Origin: Verrucomicrobiales bacterium
GTDB lineage: Bacteria; Verrucomicrobiota; Verrucomicrobiia; Verrucomicrobiales; DEV007
Assembly: GCA_029213065.1 (NCBI GenBank)
Contig: JARGPH010000014.1
Span: forward strand, 89,965 to 129,964
Direction of reading: 5' to 3'
Length of the DNA stretch: 40,000 nt
The first letter of the stretch is position 1. The number at the start of each line of letters is the position of its first letter. Below the pieces are notes generated by a model. It was not told the DNA's origin and ran no database searches. It saw nothing but the letters and a program-made list of their open reading frames with translations. Shown piece by piece: positions 16,639-25,019 of this stretch. The translations under genes were made by a program, and so were the position numbers.

Positions 16639-18471
16639 ATGAAACTTTTGATTCGATTTCTCTTAAGGTTGGTGATTCAGCCTCTCGTCTTTCTGATCTA
16701 CCGGATCAGGCGCACTGGAGTGGAGCGATTCCCTAAAGAGGGAGGGGTGCTCATTCTAGGCAATCATGTCAGCTATATCGACGCGTTCGTTGTCTATCTG
16801 AGCTGTCCCCGACGGGTCCGTTTCGTGATTTTGGAAAGTTACATGGGGGTGAAGGCCATTTCGTGGTTTTTGAAACTCTACGATGCGATCCCGATTCGAC
16901 CTAAAAACGCAAAAGAGGCAATCGTGAGAACCGCAGAGGCTCTTCAGGAAGGCTCCGTGGTCTGTTTGTTTCCCGAAGGGGGATTGACCCGTCTCGGTGT
17001 CACCACGGAGTTGAAGAAAGGATTCGAGCTCATCGTTCGAAAATCGGGCTGTCAGGTTGTCCCTTTTTATATGGATGGGCTCTGGGGGTCGATTTTTTCA
17101 TTTGAGCGGAGCAAATATTTCAAGAAGCGGCCCAATGGATTCGTTTGCCCGCTTCAGGTTTCCTGGGGAGCTCCGATTGCTCCTGAAAACGCCAACGTCG
17201 AAACAGTGCGTCGGGCCATCTGGGAGCAATCCGTCGAAGCGTTCGCGATGCGGCGGGAGTTCGAGGCTCCTTTGGAGAAAGTCGTCATTCAGAATCTGAA
17301 GAGAGGGCGCCGCAAATCACTCTTTGTGGAATATGGGAAAAAGGGGGAGCGGAACTGGTCACGGGCCTACACCCTTGGTCTTGCAACCGCTATGGCGCGC
17401 CGATGGATGTACCAGCGGGAGGAAGCCGGGGACCGTATCGGTATTCTCCTCCCGCCGGGTCCGATGACCGCAGTGATTAATGTCGGGCTTTTCCTTGCCG
17501 GAAAAACGCCCGTGAACCTTCCTTTTACGATCGATCAGGATGAAACCGAAGCCGTCGCCAAGGCGATTGCGCCCCTGGGGATCAATACCGTGGTAACCTC
17601 GCGGGCTTTCATGCCTCATCTCATGGATTTCTGGCACGGGGATGAAGGCGTCTTTATTGATTTGAAATCGGTCATCTCCGCCCCGGGCTCAGCGATGGCC
17701 ATGCTGGAGCGGGTCAGAGCGATGATCGAACCGGCCTGGCTGACTTGCTGGAGGCTCGATCTGAATAAACGCACGATTGACAGGGAAGCGGTGGGAACCG
17801 TGGCCACGCCCGGAGATAAACCTCTCTTTTTCAGTGCTCAGACCCTGCTTCGAAGCGCGACCCGGGTGGTTTCTGCGAACTTCGTGGAAAAAGACGACAT
17901 TATCTTCAGCGAGACTTCCATGGCGATGCCGGAAGGACTCGCCCTCGGTTGCTGGGCTCCCATCGTGGGGCGGGGCAGAGTCGTGAGCCGTTCCTTTGCG
18001 CTCCGCGACAATTTCGACGCCCTCGAGAATGCGATCCTCGATCAGGGCGTCACGATTGTGGTCGGAGACGCCGCCTTCTACGGTTCGTTGGAGCGCGCCC
18101 TCAGTATTCGCTCGCTTAAATACGGAATCATCTTCGGTCCCGCCAATAAATGGGAGCTCGAAGACTGGGAGGAGTTGCTGGACCTCCCCCTCGCGCGGGC
18201 CTGGTCCCATTCAGGGCGGGTTGTGACAATGAGCCGGACCGATCCCATGACCGGCGATACGGCACGTCATATCAAGCAAGTTGGCCGCAATCCGAAGTCG
18301 GTAGGGCGTCTTCTCCCCGGAATTGCCGCAAAAGTGGAAGATGGGAGGCTCTGGTTGAAATTCGCCTCCTGTGAAGATGAAAACGCTGACGGGGGGTGGA
18401 TTCCCGGCCCGGATGACGCCGAAATTGATGCCGATGGCTTCGTCTATATTCGGAACGTGGATTTGCGCTGA
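16639..18471 (+). CDS. Aas-like bifunctional protein: PlsC-type acyltransferase domain plus degenerate adenylate-forming (ANL) domain
   Basis: I chose the ATG at 16639 (MKLLIRFLLRL...). It has the HX4D motif GNHVSYID and an FPEGG block. The C-terminal part aligns by eye to the ANL fold (DRIGILLPPGPMTAVINVGLFLAGKTPVNLP, SVGRLLPGIAAKVEDG) but lacks the P-loop. Confidence 0.75.
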   Translation: MKLLIRFLLRLVIQPLVFLIYRIRRTGVERFPKEGGVLILGNHVSYIDAFVVYLSCPRRVRFVILESYMGVKAISWFLKLYDAIPIRPKNAKEAIVRTAEALQEGSVVCLFPEGGLTRLGVTTELKKGFELIVRKSGCQVVPFYMDGLWGSIFSFERSKYFKKRPNGFVCPLQVSWGAPIAPENANVETVRRAIWEQSVEAFAMRREFEAPLEKVVIQNLKRGRRKSLFVEYGKKGERNWSRAYTLGLATAMARRWMYQREEAGDRIGILLPPGPMTAVINVGLFLAGKTPVNLPFTIDQDETEAVAKAIAPLGINTVVTSRAFMPHLMDFWHGDEGVFIDLKSVISAPGSAMAMLERVRAMIEPAWLTCWRLDLNKRTIDREAVGTVATPGDKPLFFSAQTLLRSATRVVSANFVEKDDIIFSETSMAMPEGLALGCWAPIVGRGRVVSRSFALRDNFDALENAILDQGVTIVVGDAAFYGSLERALSIRSLKYGIIFGPANKWELEDWEELLDLPLARAWSHSGRVVTMSRTDPMTGDTARHIKQVGRNPKSVGRLLPGIAAKVEDGRLWLKFASCEDENADGGWIPGPDDAEIDADGFVYIRNVDLR

Positions 18472-18559
18472 TTTGGGCGAGTGAAGCTATTTTAAAAAAC
18501 CGCTTGCCGTTTGGCCTTACTCATGGCAATTTCCCGCCCTTCAAATCAGGGACACAACG

Positions 18560-18868
18560 ATGGCATACGCAATTATCAAAACAGGTGGCAAACAGTATCG
18601 CGTCGCGGCTGGAGACAAAATCAATGTCGAAAAGCTCGATGCTGAAGTAGGAGATACTGTCACTTTTGACGAAGTTCTCGCTGCTGGCAGCGGTGACAGC
18701 ATCAATGTAGGTGCTCCCTTCATTGACGGCGCAACCGTAACCGCCAAGGTGGTTGAGCAGTTCCGTGACAAGAAGGTGATCAACTTTCAGTTCAAGCGCC
18801 GTAAAGGTCATCACAAAACCACCGGTCATCGTCGTCACTTGACGAAGCTTGAGATTGTATCGGTCTAA
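18560..18868 (+). CDS. rplU: 50S ribosomal protein L21
   Basis: 102 aa starting MAYAIIKTGGKQYRV..., with ...FKRRKGHHKTTGHRRHLT near the C-terminus. Confidence 0.97.
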   Translation: MAYAIIKTGGKQYRVAAGDKINVEKLDAEVGDTVTFDEVLAAGSGDSINVGAPFIDGATVTAKVVEQFRDKKVINFQFKRRKGHHKTTGHRRHLTKLEIVSV

Positions 18869-18924
18869 TACCGGTGTTCCATTTTTGGAAATCCAATTAA
18901 TTTATTTTACCCCTCTAAAAAGCC

Positions 18925-19176
18925 ATGGCTCATAAGAAAGGACAGGGAAGTGTTAAGAACGGTCGCGACAGTAACAGTAAGCGACGTGGTGTGAAAAAAT
19001 TCGGTGGTGAGAAAGTCATCGCCGGAAACATCATTCTTCGCCAGTGTGGCACCAAGTGGCACCCCGGCAAAAACGTAGGTCTCGGCCGCGATTACACCAT
19101 TTTCTCACTCGTTGAAGGCAACGTTCGTTTCGATCAGAATGGTCGTCGTGTGAACGTTGATCCAGTCGAGGCGTAA
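18925..19176 (+). CDS. rpmA: 50S ribosomal protein L27
   Basis: 83 aa starting [29 protein letters not shown]...[12 protein letters not shown]. Confidence 0.97.
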   Translation: MAHKKGQGSVKNGRDSNSKRRGVKKFGGEKVIAGNIILRQCGTKWHPGKNVGLGRDYTIFSLVEGNVRFDQNGRRVNVDPVEA

Positions 19177-19229
19177 GTTTTCCGGGCTGTCGACAGTGGC
19201 AGCCTCAGTGAACTACCCGCAGGCGTTCT

Positions 19230-19688
19230 ATGCTGAACGTCGTATTATTCGAGCCGGAGATTCCTCCGAATACCGGCAACATCGGGCGCCTCTGTCATGG
19301 CGCCGGTGCAGCGTTGCACCTCATTGAGCCACTTGGTTTCTCGATCGACGACAAGTCTCTGAAGCGAGCCGGACTGGATTACTGGCCTGAGCTGAATCCC
19401 ACACTCTGGCCGGACTTCGAAACGTTTTTGAAATCGGTTCCCGAATCGGCGAACTGCTTCTATCTCACTACCAAGTCCACAAAGCCCTACTGGGACGCGG
19501 CCTTTGCGGATGGGGACTATCTGATCTTCGGGCCCGAGACCCGCGGCCTTCCCGGGAGTCTCCTCACCGGCGTAAAAGACCAAATTTTTGTGATTCCGCA
19601 AGAGCGGGGACGAAGTCTGAATCTCGCCACATCGGCAGGGATTGTGCTCTATGAAGCGATCAGACAGCTGAAAATAAACAATTTTTAG
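19230..19688 (+). CDS. trmL: tRNA (cytidine/uridine-2'-O)-methyltransferase TrmL (SpoU/TrmH class)
   Basis: 152 aa. Motifs EPEIPPNTGNIGR, FGPETRGLP and SLNLATSAGIVLYEA. Confidence 0.85.
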   Translation: MLNVVLFEPEIPPNTGNIGRLCHGAGAALHLIEPLGFSIDDKSLKRAGLDYWPELNPTLWPDFETFLKSVPESANCFYLTTKSTKPYWDAAFADGDYLIFGPETRGLPGSLLTGVKDQIFVIPQERGRSLNLATSAGIVLYEAIRQLKINNF

Positions 19689-19744
19689 TTGTTTTGTATG
19701 TTTTGTCTTGTCGCATTTTTAAAAAAACGTTAGACAAGATTAAC

Positions 19745-19762
19745 TGTGTGAAATTTCACACA
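19745..19762. promoter_or_regulatory. perfect 18-bp palindrome TGTGTGAAATTTCACACA, candidate operator
   Basis: Read directly. It lies 21 nt upstream of the AP2-protein ATG, inside a 95-nt AT-rich spacer. The spacer also contains the hairpin TCTTGTC-N20-GACAAGA (19706-19739). Confidence 0.5.
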
Positions 19763-19783
19763 CTCAATTAAACCGCTTCATCT

Positions 19784-20221
19784 ATGTCATCACCTCGTCC
19801 TAACTACGGGATCACCCGGATTGACCAGCCGGAAAAAAAGAACCACGGCTTTTACGTGCGAATCACCCATCGCGGTAAGAGCCATCAAAAATACTTCCCT
19901 GACAAAGCGTCAGGAGGGAAAACAAAAGCGCTGAAGGCAGCCAAAGAGCATCGCGATAAGTTGCTGTCAAAAATGCCCAAGTACAAGCAGGAGGCAGCAT
20001 CGAAGAAAAAACGTCGTATCAAACAGTCAGGCGTTGTCGGTGTTACTCATGTCGTTTCTAAATCTCCCAAGGGGAAAAGTTACGAGTACTGGCAGGCAGC
20101 CTGGGCCAGCGAAGATGGAAAACGCAAAACTGCGAAATTTTCCATCACGCGCTATGGCACCGAGAAGGCTCTTACGATGGCCAAAAAGGCACGTCGTGAC
20201 GGTCTCAAAGGCAAGCGCTGA
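19784..20221 (+). CDS. small basic DNA-binding protein with two tandem AP2/ERF-like domains
   Basis: 145 aa. The second repeat, SGVVGVTHVVSKSPKGKSYEYWQAAWASEDGKRKTAKFSITRYGTEKALTMAKKARRDGL, follows the AP2 pattern: GV..V strand, W.A.W strand, GKRK..F strand, then an amphipathic helix with A..A...AR. The first repeat, YGITRIDQPEKKNHGFYVRITHRGKSHQKYFPDKASGGKTKALKAAKEHRDKLL, is a more divergent copy. The linker is basic (KKKRRIK). Confidence 0.75.
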   Translation: MSSPRPNYGITRIDQPEKKNHGFYVRITHRGKSHQKYFPDKASGGKTKALKAAKEHRDKLLSKMPKYKQEAASKKKRRIKQSGVVGVTHVVSKSPKGKSYEYWQAAWASEDGKRKTAKFSITRYGTEKALTMAKKARRDGLKGKR

Positions 20222-20308
20222 TACAGCGTAGACGATCGCTTTTCAGATCGGGTTTATCGGGGCGTAATTCCCCGAAAAATCATTCGTCCTCACGCAAAAG
20301 TGAGGTGA

Positions 20309-21028
20309 TTGTTTTACGTGTCTGAAATTTTATCCAGTTCCAAAGAGGTGGGCTTGGCGACGAGTGCGTCAGCCGTCGAAGCTCAGGAGGTATTCCGAAC
20401 TTTCGAGATCGGAGATAATCGTATTGAAGTTCTCAAAGGCGTTACGCTGGTAGCGAAGCCGGGAGAGAAACTGTTTCTGGTCGGCCCTTCCGGAGCCGGA
20501 AAGACTTCCCTGCTATACACGCTTGCAGGGCTTGAGAAGCCCAATCAGGGGGATGTCATCATCAATGGACGCTCCCTTTATAAGCTCAGTCGCAGGGAGC
20601 AGGCCAACGTGCGGAATTCCAGCATGGGTTATGTGTTTCAGAGCTTCTTTCTGTTGCCGGAGCTGACCGCAATGGAAAATGTCATGGTGCCGGCGATGAT
20701 CCGGGGGCGCAAAGGTAAAGAGCGAGCCCTCGAGCTCCTCGAGAAGGTCGGACTCGCGGACCGGGCGCATCACCTTCCCACGGAACTTTCCGGAGGTGAG
20801 CAACAGCGCGTCGCCATCGCGAGATCGCTGATGAATAATCCCGCGATCATTTTTGCCGATGAGCCGACCGGCAACCTCGACACGAAAACCGGCGTGGCAG
20901 TGATGGATTTGCTCATGGATCTCGTCGATGAGCAGGAGCGAACCCTCATCGTCGTGACACACGACAGCGCTCTCGCTGAGGTGGGGGATCGGAAAGTGAC
21001 CCTCGTCGATGGCAGGATTACAGATTAA
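20309..21028 (+). CDS. ABC transporter ATP-binding protein (LolD/MacB/FtsE-like), no adjacent permease
   Basis: Walker A GPSGAGKTS, signature LSGGEQQRVAIAR, Walker B IIFADEPTGNLD. The start may be TTG 20309, or more likely GTG 20318, which is preceded by GAGGTGA at 20302-20308. Confidence 0.85.
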   Translation: MFYVSEILSSSKEVGLATSASAVEAQEVFRTFEIGDNRIEVLKGVTLVAKPGEKLFLVGPSGAGKTSLLYTLAGLEKPNQGDVIINGRSLYKLSRREQANVRNSSMGYVFQSFFLLPELTAMENVMVPAMIRGRKGKERALELLEKVGLADRAHHLPTELSGGEQQRVAIARSLMNNPAIIFADEPTGNLDTKTGVAVMDLLMDLVDEQERTLIVVTHDSALAEVGDRKVTLVDGRITD

Positions 21029-21058
21029 GCCGGCCCGCCACCCGGGAGGGTATCGTCC

Positions 21059-22792
21059 ATGAATGAAGAGGGTATGATGCATCACCAAACAGGGTTGAGT
21101 CGTCGACCTGAGAGGGTTGCGTCGGCTCTTTTTCTGATTCTTTTCCCGCTGATTGCCCTTTTGTCGGCGAAAGAGGTTCAAGGGCATCCCGCTCATGCCA
21201 AGCCGGTTAATTACCCCTTTGTGATCGGGTTTGAACGGTTTCACAGCAGCCTTGATGATGAGGATTACCTTGCCGAGGGTGGTTTTATTTTGCTGAACGA
21301 ACTTAACTGTGTGGCCTGTCACGCGCCGCCGAAACATCTCGATAAGCAACTGGAGGGCGTTGAAGCAACTTACCTGAGCGGTATTGCGAATCGCCTCGAT
21401 CCTGTCAGCCTCGAACTGATGATTCGGAATCCGCGTTTTCTCAAGCGCGACACGATGATGCCCAGTCTCTTCGCCGGTCCTGACCGTGACCTCTCGGAAG
21501 TGGAGGCGCTGAAGCACTATCTCGCGAGTTTGAGCGAGCCGGTTCCCGACTATCCGGTCGGGGATATTGAGGCGGGGCGGAGTTTCTATCACAGTGTCGG
21601 GTGCGTCGCCTGTCATGCCCCTGAAGTGGGTTACCGGCCTGAAGGGATCCCGGAAAATGCCGAGATCGAACTTTCGGGTCTTCCCAGTGTGGCGATGAAT
21701 CTTGCTGATCTCTACCATCTCGATGCGCTCACGCATTTTCTGCTGAAACCTCATGAGCATCGGCCGTCGGGGCGGATGCCCGATTTCAAACTCAGTGAAA
21801 AAGAAGCGGTCGATCTCGCGGCCTACCTCCGTGCCGGGCCCGACTTGATCCTCCCGGAAAATCTGACAAACGCGCTCGCTGAGGGAGCCTCGATGAAGCC
21901 TGACGAAGCGCTAATCGCGAAGGGGAAAGCTCTTTTTCGGTCGAAGCAATGCCATGCCTGTCACTCAATTCCCGATGAGGCGGGGAACGCTCTCGCAAAG
22001 CCACAGGCGATGCCTCTCGCTGATATCAATCCCGATGTCATTGGCGGCTGTTTTTCAGAGCGGCCTCCCGGCGGGGCGATTCCTTTTTACGGGCTCGATG
22101 AAGTCCAGAAGCGGGCAATCAGCGCGGCATTGCGCAGGCTTGAGAGTCGTAAGGAGTTTGATCTCAAGGGGGAGGTCGACTGGAGGATGAAGCGTCTCAA
22201 TTGCTACGCTTGCCACGAAAGGGGCGGAGTCGGCGGCGCGGAGATGGCGCGGGAAGTGTATTTCGGATTTTCCTCGAAAGAGGCCTTGGCGCTCGGGCGA
22301 TGGGGAAATCTGCCACCTTCCCTTGACGGGGTCGGGGCGAAGCTGACGCCCAACTGGATGGAACGGGTTTTTCTCGGTGTGAACGGGGGAGGCGCGGTGC
22401 GGCCCTACATGGTGGCGAGAATGCCTCTATTCGGGCATGAGGATGTGAAGCCCTTTCTCCAGCAGTTTAGAAAACTCGATGAGCTTCCCAAAGGGCCTCG
22501 ACTCGGTGGAAAAAAGGGAACTCCCGACGAGGGAAAAGCGGTTTTCGAATCGGCGGAAATGAATTGCCGCTCCTGTCATGGAGCAGGTGCGATTGAGTCA
22601 AGTGGCGCTCCGGGGATCAATCTCGCATTTGGCCCTGAGCGGCTCGAGCGCGACTGGTTTGAGCAATTTCTCCTCCATCCTCAGGCGGTGCAGCGGGACA
22701 CTCCGATGCCGGATCTTTTTGATGAAACGCCCGAAGGGCGACGGGCCATCCAGAGTCTCTGGGAGTATCTGAAAGAGATCGGCTCGAAGTGA
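21059..22792 (+). CDS. secreted pentaheme c-type cytochrome (PVC-type cytochrome c domain protein)
   Basis: 577 aa with an N-terminal hydrophobic segment. Five CxxCH motifs: CVACH, CVACH, CHACH, CYACH, CRSCH. Confidence 0.8.
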   Translation: MNEEGMMHHQTGLSRRPERVASALFLILFPLIALLSAKEVQGHPAHAKPVNYPFVIGFERFHSSLDDEDYLAEGGFILLNELNCVACHAPPKHLDKQLEGVEATYLSGIANRLDPVSLELMIRNPRFLKRDTMMPSLFAGPDRDLSEVEALKHYLASLSEPVPDYPVGDIEAGRSFYHSVGCVACHAPEVGYRPEGIPENAEIELSGLPSVAMNLADLYHLDALTHFLLKPHEHRPSGRMPDFKLSEKEAVDLAAYLRAGPDLILPENLTNALAEGASMKPDEALIAKGKALFRSKQCHACHSIPDEAGNALAKPQAMPLADINPDVIGGCFSERPPGGAIPFYGLDEVQKRAISAALRRLESRKEFDLKGEVDWRMKRLNCYACHERGGVGGAEMAREVYFGFSSKEALALGRWGNLPPSLDGVGAKLTPNWMERVFLGVNGGGAVRPYMVARMPLFGHEDVKPFLQQFRKLDELPKGPRLGGKKGTPDEGKAVFESAEMNCRSCHGAGAIESSGAPGINLAFGPERLERDWFEQFLLHPQAVQRDTPMPDLFDETPEGRRAIQSLWEYLKEIGSK

Positions 22793-22813
22793 TTGTCCGG
22801 CCTTCGAGTCGCC

Positions 22814-23290
22814 TTATTCCGAAGGCGTGAAACCGTCGTCTTCGATCAGCTTTCCGCGAAGGCCGTCGGCGGCTTCTGTCGCGAGCTCGTCGCAGCGCTC
22901 GTTCATTTCGTGTCCGGCGTGGCCTTTAACCCATTGCCAGTCAATGCGATGTCCTTCCGCAGCGGCTTCGAGTCGTTTCCATAGATCGATGTTTTTCACC
23001 GGCTTTTTATCGGATTTTTTCCAGCCCTTTTTCTTCCAGCCTTCAACCCAGCCTTTGGTTTGAGCGTCGACGAGGTAACGCGAGTCTGAATAGACCGTGA
23101 CCTGACAGGGCTCTCGAAGTATTTCGAGTCCGGCAATGGAGGCGAGGATCTCCATGCGGTTGTTCGTTGTGGTGACGAATCCCTGGGCCAGCTCGCGTGA
23201 GTGACCGCCATAGGTGACGACGGTTCCGTAGCCGCCGGGGCCGGGGTTTCCACGGGAGGAACCGTCTGTGTAGATGCAGACCTGTTTCAT
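22814..23290 (-). CDS. rnhA: ribonuclease HI
   Basis: 158 aa. Motifs [25 protein letters not shown] and [15 protein letters not shown]. Confidence 0.93.
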   Translation of the reverse strand: MKQVCIYTDGSSRGNPGPGGYGTVVTYGGHSRELAQGFVTTTNNRMEILASIAGLEILREPCQVTVYSDSRYLVDAQTKGWVEGWKKKGWKKSDKKPVKNIDLWKRLEAAAEGHRIDWQWVKGHAGHEMNERCDELATEAADGLRGKLIEDDGFTPSE

Positions 23291-23308
23291 CGTCGCGGCT
23301 CGAAGAGG

Positions 23309-24031
23309 TTACTTACCGAGCGAAAGGCGGTGGGCCAGCATTTCCGGTAAGCCCGCCGCAATGATCTTGTCCTGAGCTTTCTGGATGTCGTAGTCGATTC
23401 GCTGAATCGAGACGGTTTGCTCCTCGACGTCGTAGATCGCGTAGGAAGCACGCCAGTCGCCGTCGCGGGGCTGGCCGGCACTACCTACATTGATAAAATA
23501 CTTTCTCCCCATTTCGAGGTTCACGGTGGTCTCCTCGATGGGTTCAACGCTGTCTCCCTTGATGTAAATTCGCGGGGTGTGAGTGTGACCGTAGAAGCAA
23601 AGTTGGGTGAATTGATAGCTGAAGCTCGCCATCGCATCGAATTTGTTGGTCACATAGGTCCAACTGCCCGGTGTGTCGAGCGTCGCGTGAACGATCGTGA
23701 AATCACGGACCTGGCGCACGAGTTTCAGGTTTCTCAAAAAGTCCTGCTCTTCCGGGTTGAGGTGTTCGCGGGTCCACTCCATCGCCTGTTTCGCAAGGGG
23801 ATTGAGTCCGTCGAGACTCGTCGTGAGAATGGCCTCCTCGTCGTGGTTTCCTTTAACCACGGGGCATCCGAGCTCGCGCACTTTTGCAAGGCACTCTCCC
23901 GGGTTGGCTGCGTAGCCTACAATGTCGCCGGTGCAAACATGCTCGGTGCAACCTTGCTGCTCTGCATGCTCGAGGACTGCTTCGAAAGCCTCGAGATTCG
24001 CGTGGATGTCTCCAAAAATGGCGTATTTCAT
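23309..24031 (-). CDS. metallophosphoesterase family protein (calcineurin-like phosphoesterase)
   Basis: 240 aa. Canonical motif series GDIHAN, GDIVGY, GNHDE, GHTHTP. Confidence 0.85.
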   Translation of the reverse strand: MKYAIFGDIHANLEAFEAVLEHAEQQGCTEHVCTGDIVGYAANPGECLAKVRELGCPVVKGNHDEEAILTTSLDGLNPLAKQAMEWTREHLNPEEQDFLRNLKLVRQVRDFTIVHATLDTPGSWTYVTNKFDAMASFSYQFTQLCFYGHTHTPRIYIKGDSVEPIEETTVNLEMGRKYFINVGSAGQPRDGDWRASYAIYDVEEQTVSIQRIDYDIQKAQDKIIAAGLPEMLAHRLSLGK

Positions 24032-24164
24032 TGCCTGTTACCCCGCACACTCAGTGATTCCGATTGAACGGGGAAGTGCGAACTAATCATAAATTAGCAT
24101 TTTCGCAACGATGGGGAAGGAAAAGCTTGGAAAACTTGTCTATAGTTTTGCTAACACTAATCGA

Positions 24165-25019
24165 TCAGGGGACGATGATGCCCCCGGGCAGCTCATTCGG
24201 GGCGGGTTTTTTGCGGTTGGACTTTTGCGGTCGCTTGTCAGGGTCCGCGTCAGGAATCCGTTGCGGGACGGGGATATTCAGGAAGTTTTCGAGCTTTTTG
24301 ATCTCAACAATCAGGGTGGGTAGGTGATTGCGTTCGCTTTCCCGGTAAAGGCCTGAGAGGTAGTCGTAGGCTTCCTGTTCTTTCCCCTCGCAGCGAGCCA
24401 TAAAATAGCCGTGAAATCGCTCTACAAATGGCAGGGCATCGGGGAGACCGATCGTGTCTCCATAAACGCGCGAGGTCGCGCAATTGTCTTTCAGTTTTTC
24501 CCGATAGACCTCCGCAAGCTGCATCCGGATCGTGGCCGACTCGGGATTCTGTTTGATGCCCCGCTCTGCGATGTCGACTGCTTCGAGGGCATAGGCGAAA
24601 AACCGTCGTTTCCGCTCAAATTCAGGGAGCCGGTCGTCGATCTCCATGTTCGCGGTGGCGTTGATGCCAATGTGCCAAATCCAGGTGACCCAGTGCTCTT
24701 CGTCGTTGGGCTCCAGATTGGTGATTACCGCGTAGGTCTGGCTGAGTTGCTCCCAGTCCTTGTTACTGAAGTGTTCGTAGGCTTCGAGGGTGAGGAACAC
24801 TGCAACGAGCGACCTGAGCCCTCCCAGCGTGCCCATGAGCGCGGACTGGCTCATTTGCTCCATTGCGGTTTGGCCCGGCGGAGGCAATAGCAGCTTCTCT
24901 TCAACGAGCTTTACACGGAGCCTGTCCTCGATCGGTTCACGGACGAAGCCGAAAAGTGCCAGCCCGGCGATGACGAGGACGAGGCGCGGGCATTTCTGTA
25001 GGATCGTATTCACCGGCAA
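24165..25019 (-). CDS. membrane-anchored helical-repeat protein of unknown function
   Basis: 284 aa. An apparent TTG start abuts the stop of the ABC-2 permease. It has one N-terminal TM segment (LVLVIAGLALFGFV), a helical/TPR-like body and a Pro/Lys-rich tail. I recognised no motif. Confidence 0.6.
   Translation of the reverse strand: MPVNTILQKCPRLVLVIAGLALFGFVREPIEDRLRVKLVEEKLLLPPPGQTAMEQMSQSALMGTLGGLRSLVAVFLTLEAYEHFSNKDWEQLSQTYAVITNLEPNDEEHWVTWIWHIGINATANMEIDDRLPEFERKRRFFAYALEAVDIAERGIKQNPESATIRMQLAEVYREKLKDNCATSRVYGDTIGLPDALPFVERFHGYFMARCEGKEQEAYDYLSGLYRESERNHLPTLIVEIKKLENFLNIPVPQRIPDADPDKRPQKSNRKKPAPNELPGGIIVP

Noticed and set aside
20513-21760. A 415-aa ORF on the minus strand spanning the ABC ATPase and the pentaheme cytochrome genes
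   Set aside because: Same explanation. 20513, 20309 and 21059 are all 2 mod 3, so it is the codon-aligned antisense frame of both genes. The other long antisense ORFs are also codon-aligned with the real gene: 5764-6279, 6761-7396, 7727-8350, 9180-9836, 13709-14392, 23417-24067, 32026-32550 and 37387-38235. I checked the mod-3 phase for each.
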